This document shows, piece after piece, positions 48,742 through 57,342 of a stretch of DNA of 64,000 nt. Source of the DNA: an uncultured Eubacteriales bacterium (GTDB taxonomy: Bacteria; Acidobacteriota; Aminicenantia; Aminicenantales; UBA8522); NCBI GenBank assembly GCA_964445305.1, contig CAYUKK010000005.1, positions 6,614 to 70,613 of the forward strand. Direction: 5' to 3'. The notes below the pieces were generated by a model, which saw only the letters and a program-made list of their open reading frames with translations, was not told the origin of the DNA and made no database searches. The position numbers and the translations under genes are program-made. Every line of letters starts with the position of its first letter. Position 1 is the stretch's first letter.

Positions 48742-49299
48742 CTACCTCCGAGCGCTCATCATGTTGAGGAGCTCCTGCGAAAGCTGTTCAGCCGTAGTGA
48801 CATTGAATTCCTTGAAGAGGGCTTTGACAAACGGGTCGGATTTGTGCATGTTCAAAAAATCCTTTGAGCTTGAATCGATATACATCGTGCAGGTCAGGCC
48901 AGTGCAGTTCTGTTTTGAACAATCATTCTCATCGCAGGACTTCAGACCGCAGGTCTGGTTCACACATCCATTTTTCCCACAGGAAGAAGACTGCATGGAG
49001 GATGGTGTCGGCGAGAAAAAGTCGTCACATTTTTGAATCACCCCAAGATCTCCCGATCCCGCCATCAAGGGTGCTCGTCCGAACTCATTGATATAGATTT
49101 CCCGCGTCCCTATAACCAAGATCTTGAGAGATTTTGTCTCTCTGGATAGGGCCTGTGCTTTGGCCAGAGCATCGAAATTGATGCGTCTCGTCTGAGCGAG
49201 AAAGGCCCGAACCTGGGTAGCACTCAGGCCAGCGGCCAGACCGATGATCTTGATCAGACGAGAGATGGCTTCTCTTCTTGAAAGGTGGTTAACTCTCAT
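48742..49299 (-). CDS. Tat-signal Cys-pentad-repeat protein, paralog 3
   Basis: Start set at MRVNHLSRREAISRLIKIIGLAAGLSA (SD AAGGAG 9 nt upstream), giving 185 aa. Repeats CGKNG/CVNQT/CGLKS/CDEND/CSKQN/CTGLT/C. C-terminal SDPFVKALFKEFNVTTAEQLSQELLNMM. Confidence 0.6.
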   Translation of the reverse strand: MRVNHLSRREAISRLIKIIGLAAGLSATQVRAFLAQTRRINFDALAKAQALSRETKSLKILVIGTREIYINEFGRAPLMAGSGDLGVIQKCDDFFSPTPSSMQSSSCGKNGCVNQTCGLKSCDENDCSKQNCTGLTCTMYIDSSSKDFLNMHKSDPFVKALFKEFNVTTAEQLSQELLNMMSARR

Positions 49300-49789
49300 C
49301 AGAATGCTCCTTGGTGAATCATAATGAATCCTATTAATAAGAGACAGAAAACCGCTTTCCCATCTCACTCGAAGGAGAAAATTTTGTTGATTAGGACTTC
49401 ACAACTATCCACCGTTTGGCTCTGAATTTGCTGCTCGGCCCAGAAGATTAGATATTGGGAAAATGATGATTTGATGCCTCTCCTCGGCAAATATAGGAGA
49501 TTTCTTTTCGGCTGTGGTAACTGGGAGGCATCTTAATTATCATTTTCCTGTTTAGCCATCGCCAAGAGATATGAATCACGAAAAAAATGGATGTCAAAGA
49601 CAATTAAAAGCAGTACCTAGTGGGCGAAAATGCATCATAAGCCGCCTCGGCGCCGGGAAAATGCTGAAAATCAGGGGGACATTTCCTTCTGGTCAAAGGA
49701 AAGATTATGAAAAATAATAGGCCGAAGCCTTGGAGTCCAAGAAGAATCCCGGGAGACCCTATGAGGCGGTGGGGGCTTCGAGGCGATAA

Positions 49790-50150
49790 AGGTCAGGTTG
49801 AGGTGGTTGATGTTCCTGTTCACGACCGCAGTGTCTGTCAAGAAGGCGATGATCTTCATCATGGCGCCCCACTTGGGGCAGGTCGAGGGGTCGATTTCAA
49901 AAACCTTGAGGATCATCTCGGCCCAGCCTCGGCGGGGACGGGCTGGAGCTCCTCTTCGACAATACAAAGAGGAAAGAGTGCGAGGCTTGACTTGCGGACC
50001 TTGCCCTGATGGGCGTTGGCATACAACCCGTAATAACGCACCGCGACCTGACCCTTGTCGGGAATGTGGGAGGCGACCCGGGCGATGAACTCTGGGTAGT
50101 CTATCTGCTTCGCCTCTTGGTTGCTTTCCCCACATCCGTGGCAGGAGCAT
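49790..50150 (-). pseudogene. IS91-family (Y2 HUH) transposase C-terminal fragment, frameshifted and N-terminally truncated
   Basis: Two overlapping frames give ...DYPEFIARVASHIPDKGQVAVRYYGLYANAHQGKVRKS and then ...WAEMILKVFEIDPSTCPKWGAMMKIIAFLTDTAVVNRNINHLNL. This matches the IS91-type C-terminus (RYYGxYxN ... CPxCGxxMxIIAxI ... HLGL). No HUH/Y2 catalytic part remains. Confidence 0.5.
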
Positions 50151-50436
50151 CTGTTGGCGGCTCTTCTTGATGAACCCGGCATCGCTCGCGACGTCCCCGT
50201 CTGGAAGTTCATGTTTCCTGCGACTGGAGGGGAAATCAGATTTTTCGACCCCCTCGGTGTCATTCCCAGGCGTGAGTGAGGGTCCGCCCACCAGGATTTT
50301 TTTCGAGATCTTCTCCCGTTTTTCCAAAGATTTGGAGATTGTTAAGGCGTGACCCTAAAATTTGACAAATTAAATAATTTTAATATGAAATAATTGTATA
50401 ATAAAATTAATATTTCCTTAGTTGCGAGGTTATCAG

Positions 50437-50931
50437 ATGGAAATAGAAAAAATCCGATTTCTCAGAGAGAAGCTCCGTTATATGGAACGGCAGATGAGCG
50501 ACGCCTTCGGCCGCGATTCAGGTTGCTGCGGCCTGACCCTGGCCCAATGCCACAGCCTTCTCGAAGTCGGCTACAAAGGCAAGGTTTCGCTCGTCGAACT
50601 GGCCTCGAGCTTAAGTCTTGACACAAGCACGCTCAGCCGGATGATCCAGGGTCTCGTCCTCCTCGGCTTGGTCAATCGGGAGACAAGCGAGAAGGACCGC
50701 CGTTATGTCGTCATCTCCCTCACGAACCAGGGTCGCACAGCATTCGACGAAATCGAAGCGAGATTCAATTCCTACTTCACCCAGGTCATGGAGTTTATCC
50801 CTGCGGAAAAGCGGGAGGCCGTGATCGAGTCGATTGGGCTCTTCTCCGATGCGGTCAGAAAGCAGAGCGAGTTTTCCAGCTGTTGTCAGGCCGACGACGA
50901 TTTGAGCGAAAACGGAAACGCCACAGGATAA
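50437..50931 (+). CDS. MarR-family transcriptional regulator
   Basis: Start at MEIEKIRFL (SD GAGGT). Winged HTH LVELASSLSLDTSTLSRMIQGLVLLGLVNRETSEKDRRYVVISLTNQGR. Preceded by an ~80-nt AT-rich promoter region (50340-50420). Confidence 0.7.
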   Translation: MEIEKIRFLREKLRYMERQMSDAFGRDSGCCGLTLAQCHSLLEVGYKGKVSLVELASSLSLDTSTLSRMIQGLVLLGLVNRETSEKDRRYVVISLTNQGRTAFDEIEARFNSYFTQVMEFIPAEKREAVIESIGLFSDAVRKQSEFSSCCQADDDLSENGNATG

Positions 50932-51530
50932 AGGCGACCATCATGGAGGATTCAGAGATGGACCAAGAAAAAAGTCCCACCCTGGGTGAAAAAGGGGATA
51001 AGAAATTCGTTTTTCTGCTGTGCTGGCTAACTGAGTATCCGGGCATCAATTTCGCCTCATCCCATCGGAGGTGATGATAAATAGGGGCATCTTCGGATTC
51101 TACCAAGAACTGGTCGAAGTAATAGAACAACACCCGGTAGAGGAGGGGGCGCTCTTGACGCCGAGGTCTGGAGACTCCTGCCACAATAGAAGCCATAAAT
51201 CAAAAAACGGGCCAAGCCCAGGGACAGGACCTTCTCTGCCTGAGAGAGCGGCAAGAGCCCCAACCCGGAAGGACAAACCAGGTCTATGAAATGTCAAAAA
51301 AGCTCTTATATTGCAATCAAACGACTGGATCCCGCTTTCCCAATCAAATGTGAGAATCGTTCTTTGAGCGGCCGGTCTCTCTTTGCGGAGATGGTCGGAC
51401 GGTGATTGTCGACGGCAGGCCGAAGAGAGTCGTCTTCACGGTGACTGAACAATTTGCTCTCAAGTGATTTCCCTCCCAACGGATAGCATGAGCCCGAAAG
51501 GAGGGACGGCCAATTAGAGTGTATCCCGCG

Positions 51531-52787
51531 CTAAAAGATGCGGAAGATGTTGAAACCGACCCGGAAATCGCCGTCTCTCAGACTCAAATCGCCCCCGGGG
51601 AGGTATTGAGCAGCGGTCAGGCCGATCGAATTGGTGACAAAAAACTGGAATACATGCCCGCCAATATTCTTTTCAACGCCCAGTCCCCAGCCAGGATAAC
51701 GATCGTTGTAGCCGGCCAGATGTGGAACCCATTCTGCGATGACGGAGACTTCGTCGAAGACCACGAAGCGCCCTCCGATCCCCAGGGCGAAGGTGCCTTC
51801 CGAATCCGGTTCCCAGAAATTGGTATTGGAGGAAAACGCCGGAACGAGCAGGAGTGAGACCCGGTCGTTGAGCTGGCAGGACAGGCTCACCAGCGCACTG
51901 AGCCGGAACCGGCCTGACCATTCTGCCCCGGGGGGCTCATCCTGGCTAACCAGGCTTCCCCCGGTGTGGAGAGAGGCTGAAAAGGGGAGGGAGCCGTTTC
52001 CTCCCTGTTCAAGGAAGGCCCAATCGACGTTGAATTCCCATTCCTGATAGAGCCTGCTTCGTCCGATCGTCATCATCAGGTCATCTGTTATGCCGTAGCC
52101 GAAGCTGAAGAGGATGTAGGCCGTTCCGTCGAGACCGAAGAAAGAATTCCAACCGCTGGAGACAGCCGGTTGAAAACGGTGCGATATGCGAAACAGGAAA
52201 TCCCCTTTGCCTGGGGTTACGGTTGTCGGTAGGTTGACCAGCCTGGTTCCCCAGAAGACGGGTCTGGAATATCGTCTGGGATTGGAGCTTTGGGCTGGGC
52301 TCTTGCTTTTTAGATTCGGCTGTCTGAACTCGGGGCCGCGGCTAATGAAACCGGGATTGAGAATACCGTTTGCGTCGGTGGAGCTTGCGGCCAGGCTCTT
52401 TATCCACTCCTCGATTTGGCGGATTTGCTCCTCAGTCAAGGGATCATGGTTTAGGGGCATGCGCTTGCCGACAATCCCGGCCGCTCCTTTGACCTTTGCG
52501 ATTAGGTCGCTTTTTTCGGGCGCACCTGGTTCGACAATCTTGAGTTCAGCCTTCTTCAGGCTTGATATCCCGAGAACCGAAGCGAGGAGCGTTTCTTGTT
52601 CCAGGCTTAGGTTGGCCGAAGGGTTTTTGCCCGAATGACAACCTGCGACACTGCAACTTTGCTTCATTATGCTCTTGACTGTGGCCAGAAGATTTGTCGG
52701 AGAATCTCCAGGCCCCTGGCTGTAAAGAGGCGAGCTCAGTGCGAAAAGCACCGTGACCTTGATAATCAACAGGACCTTGGTTTTCAT
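51531..52787 (-). CDS. exported protein with an N-terminal PSCyt1-like cytochrome-c-type domain (CX4CH) fused to a C-terminal beta-barrel (terminal Phe)
   Basis: 418 aa. Signal peptide MKTKVLLIIKVTVLFALSS. MKQSCSVAGCHSG ... GKRMPL ... EEQIRQIEEWIKSLA. Glycine/aromatic-rich C-terminal half ending GFNIFRIF. Confidence 0.5.
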   Translation of the reverse strand: MKTKVLLIIKVTVLFALSSPLYSQGPGDSPTNLLATVKSIMKQSCSVAGCHSGKNPSANLSLEQETLLASVLGISSLKKAELKIVEPGAPEKSDLIAKVKGAAGIVGKRMPLNHDPLTEEQIRQIEEWIKSLAASSTDANGILNPGFISRGPEFRQPNLKSKSPAQSSNPRRYSRPVFWGTRLVNLPTTVTPGKGDFLFRISHRFQPAVSSGWNSFFGLDGTAYILFSFGYGITDDLMMTIGRSRLYQEWEFNVDWAFLEQGGNGSLPFSASLHTGGSLVSQDEPPGAEWSGRFRLSALVSLSCQLNDRVSLLLVPAFSSNTNFWEPDSEGTFALGIGGRFVVFDEVSVIAEWVPHLAGYNDRYPGWGLGVEKNIGGHVFQFFVTNSIGLTAAQYLPGGDLSLRDGDFRVGFNIFRIF

Positions 52788-52859
52788 CCGGCTACTCCTG
52801 TCATGGGGACTTTATTTTGCCAAGTAATCATTCCGGAAATTCGAGCCTTCCCCAAGGGT

Positions 52860-53294
52860 TCAATTATTCTTGGCCCCTTTGTTGATCCAGTTCTTAATGT
52901 TCTGGACGGAATTGGCGTTGAGAGCTGATCCGCCAAGGGGCATCCGGCCGCCGTTTGTCTGCCGGCCTTCGAGTTTGATGACGAGATAACTATTCGTAGC
53001 GTCGTTGGGGATAACCCGCCTTTTCCCCGGTTCTTGGGTTGAGGGCACGTCGACGAGGTTGGCATAAGACTGCCCCTGGAGAAGAATCAATCCCGCCGCA
53101 GCGCTGTTACCGTGGCAGCTTGATGAAATGCAGCTCTGGCTGAAGATCGGCTGAATATCTGAGGCGAATGAGGGATCCTCTTTGACTATGGAGGGGGGCT
53201 GGGGACTGGTGGGGGAATAGCTGCCACAGTGATAGAGAATGACCGCTGCAAGGATAGCTAGGATTGCTATAACGGGCCACGATTTTATGTTCAT
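52860..53294 (-). CDS. exported PSCyt1-like cytochrome-c-type domain protein (CX4CH), paralogous to the N-terminal domain of the upstream gene
   Basis: Start at MNIKSWPVIAILAILAAV (SD AAGGAG), 144 aa. FSQSCISSSCHGN ... GGRMPL ... VQNIKNWINKGA. Confidence 0.5.
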   Translation of the reverse strand: MNIKSWPVIAILAILAAVILYHCGSYSPTSPQPPSIVKEDPSFASDIQPIFSQSCISSSCHGNSAAAGLILLQGQSYANLVDVPSTQEPGKRRVIPNDATNSYLVIKLEGRQTNGGRMPLGGSALNANSVQNIKNWINKGAKNN

Positions 53295-53484
53295 CAGGAG
53301 ACTCCTTATAAAATCTACAAATATTATAGGAATACTAGGAAAAAAAATCAAGTAGCCCTGGCAGAATAGTGGAGGACGGGTCAGGAAGCCGCAGATAGGT
53401 CTAAGAGCCCGGTAATCAGCCAGACCTTTCCTTTCGGGCGAACTGAAGATCATGAACAGTATTCAGCTAAGGTCTCAGCAGCCG

Positions 53485-53889
53485 TCAGAAATTCCTGATA
53501 GACGATATGCGGCACATGGGGCCTCTTGGCGATGAAGGCCAGCTTGAGGCAATGATTGATTTTGACCACCATGGATAATCAGTGGGGAAGGAGATGACCC
53601 ACATGATGCCTCTGCACTGGGCACAAATCAAGAGATTATCGTCGTCCACTTTTCGGACCATTTCGGCCCGGCTTTTGGTGGGGAGACCCAGGAGTATGAC
53701 CTCGAAGACCAGGAAAAGGATTCTTCGTTTCGGCAAAAAAGCCATGTAGTGAAGACCAACTCTCTTGAAAAGGATGGAAGCGATTCGATAAAGTTTGATG
53801 TATTCATCAGAAAAGTCTGCCGCATGGAAGACGGAAGCCCCATCACTACTGGATCCTGTTGGAATCCTATAGGACGGCAGGTGGGCCAC
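53485..53889 (-). pseudogene. degenerate IS200/IS605-TnpA- or RAYT-like Y1 transposase gene (copy B): HUH degraded to HYM, 1-nt indel before the catalytic-Tyr region
   Basis: 134-aa ORF. GLHYMAFLPKRR (cf. HVHLLVSIPPK). YPWWSKSIIASS (cf. LWSRSYFAGS). After a 1-nt frame correction the C-terminus reads ...PHIVYQEFLTAAETLAEYCS*, matching copy A. Confidence 0.35.
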
Positions 53890-54149
53890 TTCAGCGCTTT
53901 GTTGACAATAAAGGATATAGACCTAAAGAATCTTCAAATTTGTCGAACTTTGGTTAAGCCAAGGGCCCCGAATTTTCGATTACCAAGGGCTGCCCGTTTC
54001 GACTGCTGTGATTCGGTTACTGTTTGGGAAAGTGGCCGCCGCTTTGAGTCTTCGACAGAAGAATTAAGGTAAAAACACAAAAAACAAAAGGATAAAGGCG
54101 GCAAGAAATTTATACAGCCGAAGTCTGTGTCTCGCAAGTCTTCAGGAAA

Positions 54150-54332
54150 TCAGCGTGATAAATAGGCTAAGACTGCATGAATAATGGCCGTAACGAGCAG
54201 GAGAAGTCCCAGGCGGCGGTGCAAGATGAAATTCACTTTCAGATACCTTTTCCCGCTGCCGATTTGAAAAAAAATCAGCAGCAGGTTGATAATACCCAGA
54301 ATCAGGACAAAAGAAACTCCCCCGATGGTCAT
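54150..54332 (-). CDS. small two-TM membrane protein (hypothetical)
   Basis: 60 aa, two hydrophobic helices. Immediately downstream of the SOR-like gene. Confidence 0.3.
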   Translation of the reverse strand: MTIGGVSFVLILGIINLLLIFFQIGSGKRYLKVNFILHRRLGLLLLVTAIIHAVLAYLSR

Positions 54333-54350
54333 TTTATTTTCCTCGTTTTT

Positions 54351-54722
54351 TTATTCCTCAATTTTTATTTTTACTCTGGCCGGGCCGGCGCTGCCGTGCA
54401 GGTTGCAGTTAGCTTCAGCCTCTATTTCCGTTTCTTCTTTAACAATCAGTTTGACTTCTCGGGTAAAGTTCTCCGCCTCCGGCCGGCTGTTTGAAGAAAA
54501 ATTCCAGCGGGCGATTTCCTTCTTGTTGGACATGACTACAAGCCGGTTGGTGTGATGGAGGCTACTGTTTCCCCGGTGGGTGACGTGGATGATGATGGTC
54601 ACTTCCTCACCGGCTTTAACTGAGGCCGGCGCCTTGATGGAGACCGCTGACTTATTGGCCAGGACCGGCGTTATCAGCAGACTTAAAATAAGCAAGGAAC
54701 CGAATAAGAATCTCTCTTTCAT
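54351..54722 (-). CDS. signal-peptide protein with a superoxide-reductase (desulfoferrodoxin Fe-domain)-like fold
   Basis: 123 aa. Leader MKERFLFGSLLILSLLITPVLA. GEEVTIIIHVTHRGNSSLHH aligns with SOR GELVKVKVQVGKEIPHPNTTEHH. C-terminal CNLHG matches the SOR CN(I/L)HG Cys/His ligand motif. Confidence 0.45.
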   Translation of the reverse strand: MKERFLFGSLLILSLLITPVLANKSAVSIKAPASVKAGEEVTIIIHVTHRGNSSLHHTNRLVVMSNKKEIARWNFSSNSRPEAENFTREVKLIVKEETEIEAEANCNLHGSAGPARVKIKIEE

Positions 54723-54986
54723 GCCATCTCCTTTGTAATTGCTAAAAATTGTCGTTGAAGTGATATTATACCCGACTTTCGCTTATGACGAATAGATCGC
54801 ATTCAATCAGGTAAAATGTTACCGAAAGACGCGCCGCCCCGCCACTGCTCTTAGCTTCATCCACTCTGCCTTCAGTCACCGAGAAAATCTCCATCTTCTC
54901 TAATAAACTTGGGATTTCGGTTCAGCCGTTTGCCGAAGAAATCCGCTGGCCAGGGCCAAAGATTGGACTGATATTTTTTAGAGTTG

Positions 54987-56069
54987 CTATCTCTTAGGGA
55001 CCGGCGGGTAGTAGATCAAAAGATAAGAGACGCGCTCGGATTCGCCGATGTAGATTTCGCCGTTCGGTCCGACGGCCAGAGCGCTGATGTCATAGCAGAC
55101 CCAGTTTTTGGGGAAATGGACCATCGGGATACCCAGGTCCTTGACTTCTCCGGTCCGGGGATTCCAGCGAAAAAGATGAGAGTTCTTTCCCGGGCTTCCG
55201 GCGGCACCGTAGAGGACTCCCTCTTTCCCAAAAGCCAGGGCTCTGATCCGGTGGTCGGAAATTGGCCGGCCGTAGCCGATGATTTTAAGAGTCTTGGTGT
55301 TCAGGCTGAAGATTGTTCCCAGGAGCGTACCGCCGTAAATCGTTTTCTGGCCATCGAACACGGTAGAGTCAAGAGCATTGAGGAACTCCATTCCCTTCGG
55401 CGACGGAAGCTGGAGGTCAAGCGTCTCCACCCTTTCGTTGGCGATCGAATAGCGGAAGATATGACCGTTTTTCGCCGAGCCGAAGATATGGCCGCGGCTG
55501 TCGAGGGCCATAGCATTGGATTTTTCAGCGCCCTCGATGGCCTGAATCTTCCGGCTCGTCCTTTTTTCTATATCGATTTCGACGAGAGCGGATGTCTTCC
55601 GGGTCAGAGCGAAAATCTTTCCAACCCCTGGCTCCAAGACAGCACAGGCCGCATCTTCATCCAGCGCAAAATCAAGGAATTCGATAGGATTGACTTGGTA
55701 TTTCCAAAGGACGGAGAACTCACCTTCAGGAGAATAACGAAAGAGTCGTCCGGAAGGGTTGACGATTCCCCAGATGACTCCGCTCCCGTCTTTCATCAGC
55801 AGCCGGCATTCCGCATCTTCTCCCAGAACGCCGATGTCGACAACGTGTTCGGCTGCCGGGCTCGGATCATAATAAAACAAATGGGATTTTTTTCCTGAAG
55901 TTGCGCCGTAGATTTTTTTCTGCTTCTCCCCGGGGACAAGCGCCGTGATCGCCGATTCGCCGTTCGGGATGGGTGGCGTAACTCCATAATGGCCGAGTTC
56001 TCGGAGGGCCAGCGTTCCTTCGGTGATGAAAGCGAAGGCCCCATCGCGAAAATCGGCTGTGCCGGTCAT
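54987..56069 (-). CDS. beta-propeller-fold hypothetical protein (paralog 1)
   Basis: Start at MTGTADFRDGAF (SD AAGGAG). Repeated ~45-aa blades with G-x-hydrophobic patterns (IYGGTLLGTIF, VLYGAAGSPGK). Confidence 0.4.
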   Translation of the reverse strand: MTGTADFRDGAFAFITEGTLALRELGHYGVTPPIPNGESAITALVPGEKQKKIYGATSGKKSHLFYYDPSPAAEHVVDIGVLGEDAECRLLMKDGSGVIWGIVNPSGRLFRYSPEGEFSVLWKYQVNPIEFLDFALDEDAACAVLEPGVGKIFALTRKTSALVEIDIEKRTSRKIQAIEGAEKSNAMALDSRGHIFGSAKNGHIFRYSIANERVETLDLQLPSPKGMEFLNALDSTVFDGQKTIYGGTLLGTIFSLNTKTLKIIGYGRPISDHRIRALAFGKEGVLYGAAGSPGKNSHLFRWNPRTGEVKDLGIPMVHFPKNWVCYDISALAVGPNGEIYIGESERVSYLLIYYPPVPKR

Positions 56070-56153
56070 GATTTCCGACTCCTTAAGGTGGTAGCTCGGC
56101 TCGGCCCCACGTTCGTTTTCGCGCTGGGGATGATTTTTTTCTTTATTCGTCAT

Positions 56154-57329
56154 TCATCTCCTCCAGTCGAGAGAGTCAAGATCGACCATGAGAAGTCGGG
56201 GAACGGCCTTCATGTTGACCTCGGCAAAATAAAGGGTCCGGCCGTCTGGTCCCAGGGCTCCCTCAGAAAGCCAGGCAGTCGCATTATCTCCGAAATCGAG
56301 ACGCGCAACGACCCTGCGCTGACCACTCTCGATATCCAAGACCACAAGGTTCGTCGGTTCCCAGATGGTGTTGCACCCGTAAAAAAGCCAGCGGTTTTCA
56401 TAAAGGACCGGAGCCTGGACATAAGGGGGCGTCCAGTCGCGGCCGTTCCATCCCCCCGGCCAGCCGAAGCCGTAGTCCTCAATAGCCGGCACGGGTCCCG
56501 CATCCGGGTTAATCCGGAAAATATGGCCGTCGTAATATCCCGTAGCACAGATGAAATCGTCCCGAAATCTTTTGGCGTTGAAAAAGAAATTGTAGAGGCG
56601 CTCGCGGCCCGGAATGCCAGGGACGCGAAGCGGGAGGTCCTCGAACTCATCTTTTTCGGGCGAATAGCGGAAGAAGCGGCCTTCGTCGTAGGATCCGTAG
56701 ATGAGGCCTCGCGCATCGGCGAAAATTTCGAACCCGCCCCAGGTTCCAATTCGGCCCACAAGCCGTGACTGACAGGAGGCAAGGTCGTATTCATAGAGAC
56801 AGTGCCGCGGGTAGCTAACGAGATAGGCCCTGTTCAGGCGTTCGTTGATCTCCATTGATCGGCAGCCCTCATGAGGGATGGCGAGGCCAACGTATTCGGC
56901 TTCACCCGTGGCCAGTTTGACCCGGAACATCTGCGCTCCGCGAAACCCGTAAATCGGGTCGCCAAAAGTCCCGTTCACCTCGAAAAGCTTTTCCCCTAAG
57001 CAAGGGGCCGTACAGTGGCTGACTCCGTAGAGAAAGCCGTCTTCTGTTTCCCGAAGGCAGGTGTGGATCTTGCTCTGAGGGACCCGGCCAGAGTCATAAG
57101 GATCGTCGGCCAGCTCGCCGATATCGAAAAGGTCCCAGAGGCGTTTCTCCTCCGGGTCGAAGCGGAGAAGATGAGCGCTCGAAGCCCGGCCCTCGCTACA
57201 GCTTGAAAAGTAGATCCGACCGTCGCTGGCCGAATGGACGGCCCAAAGGCTGTCGTGGTTCGGGTCGACACTCCAGGTCGAAATTTTGAAAGCGCCGAAT
57301 TCAGAAAGATGAAATTCAACCCTTTTCAT
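56154..57329 (-). CDS. beta-propeller-fold hypothetical protein (paralog 2)
   Basis: 391 aa. Colinear with paralog 1 (FHLSEFGAFKIST vs DFRDGAFAFITEG). Confidence 0.4.
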   Translation of the reverse strand: MKRVEFHLSEFGAFKISTWSVDPNHDSLWAVHSASDGRIYFSSCSEGRASSAHLLRFDPEEKRLWDLFDIGELADDPYDSGRVPQSKIHTCLRETEDGFLYGVSHCTAPCLGEKLFEVNGTFGDPIYGFRGAQMFRVKLATGEAEYVGLAIPHEGCRSMEINERLNRAYLVSYPRHCLYEYDLASCQSRLVGRIGTWGGFEIFADARGLIYGSYDEGRFFRYSPEKDEFEDLPLRVPGIPGRERLYNFFFNAKRFRDDFICATGYYDGHIFRINPDAGPVPAIEDYGFGWPGGWNGRDWTPPYVQAPVLYENRWLFYGCNTIWEPTNLVVLDIESGQRRVVARLDFGDNATAWLSEGALGPDGRTLYFAEVNMKAVPRLLMVDLDSLDWRR

Positions 57330-57342
57330 GGCTCGGCGAGTC

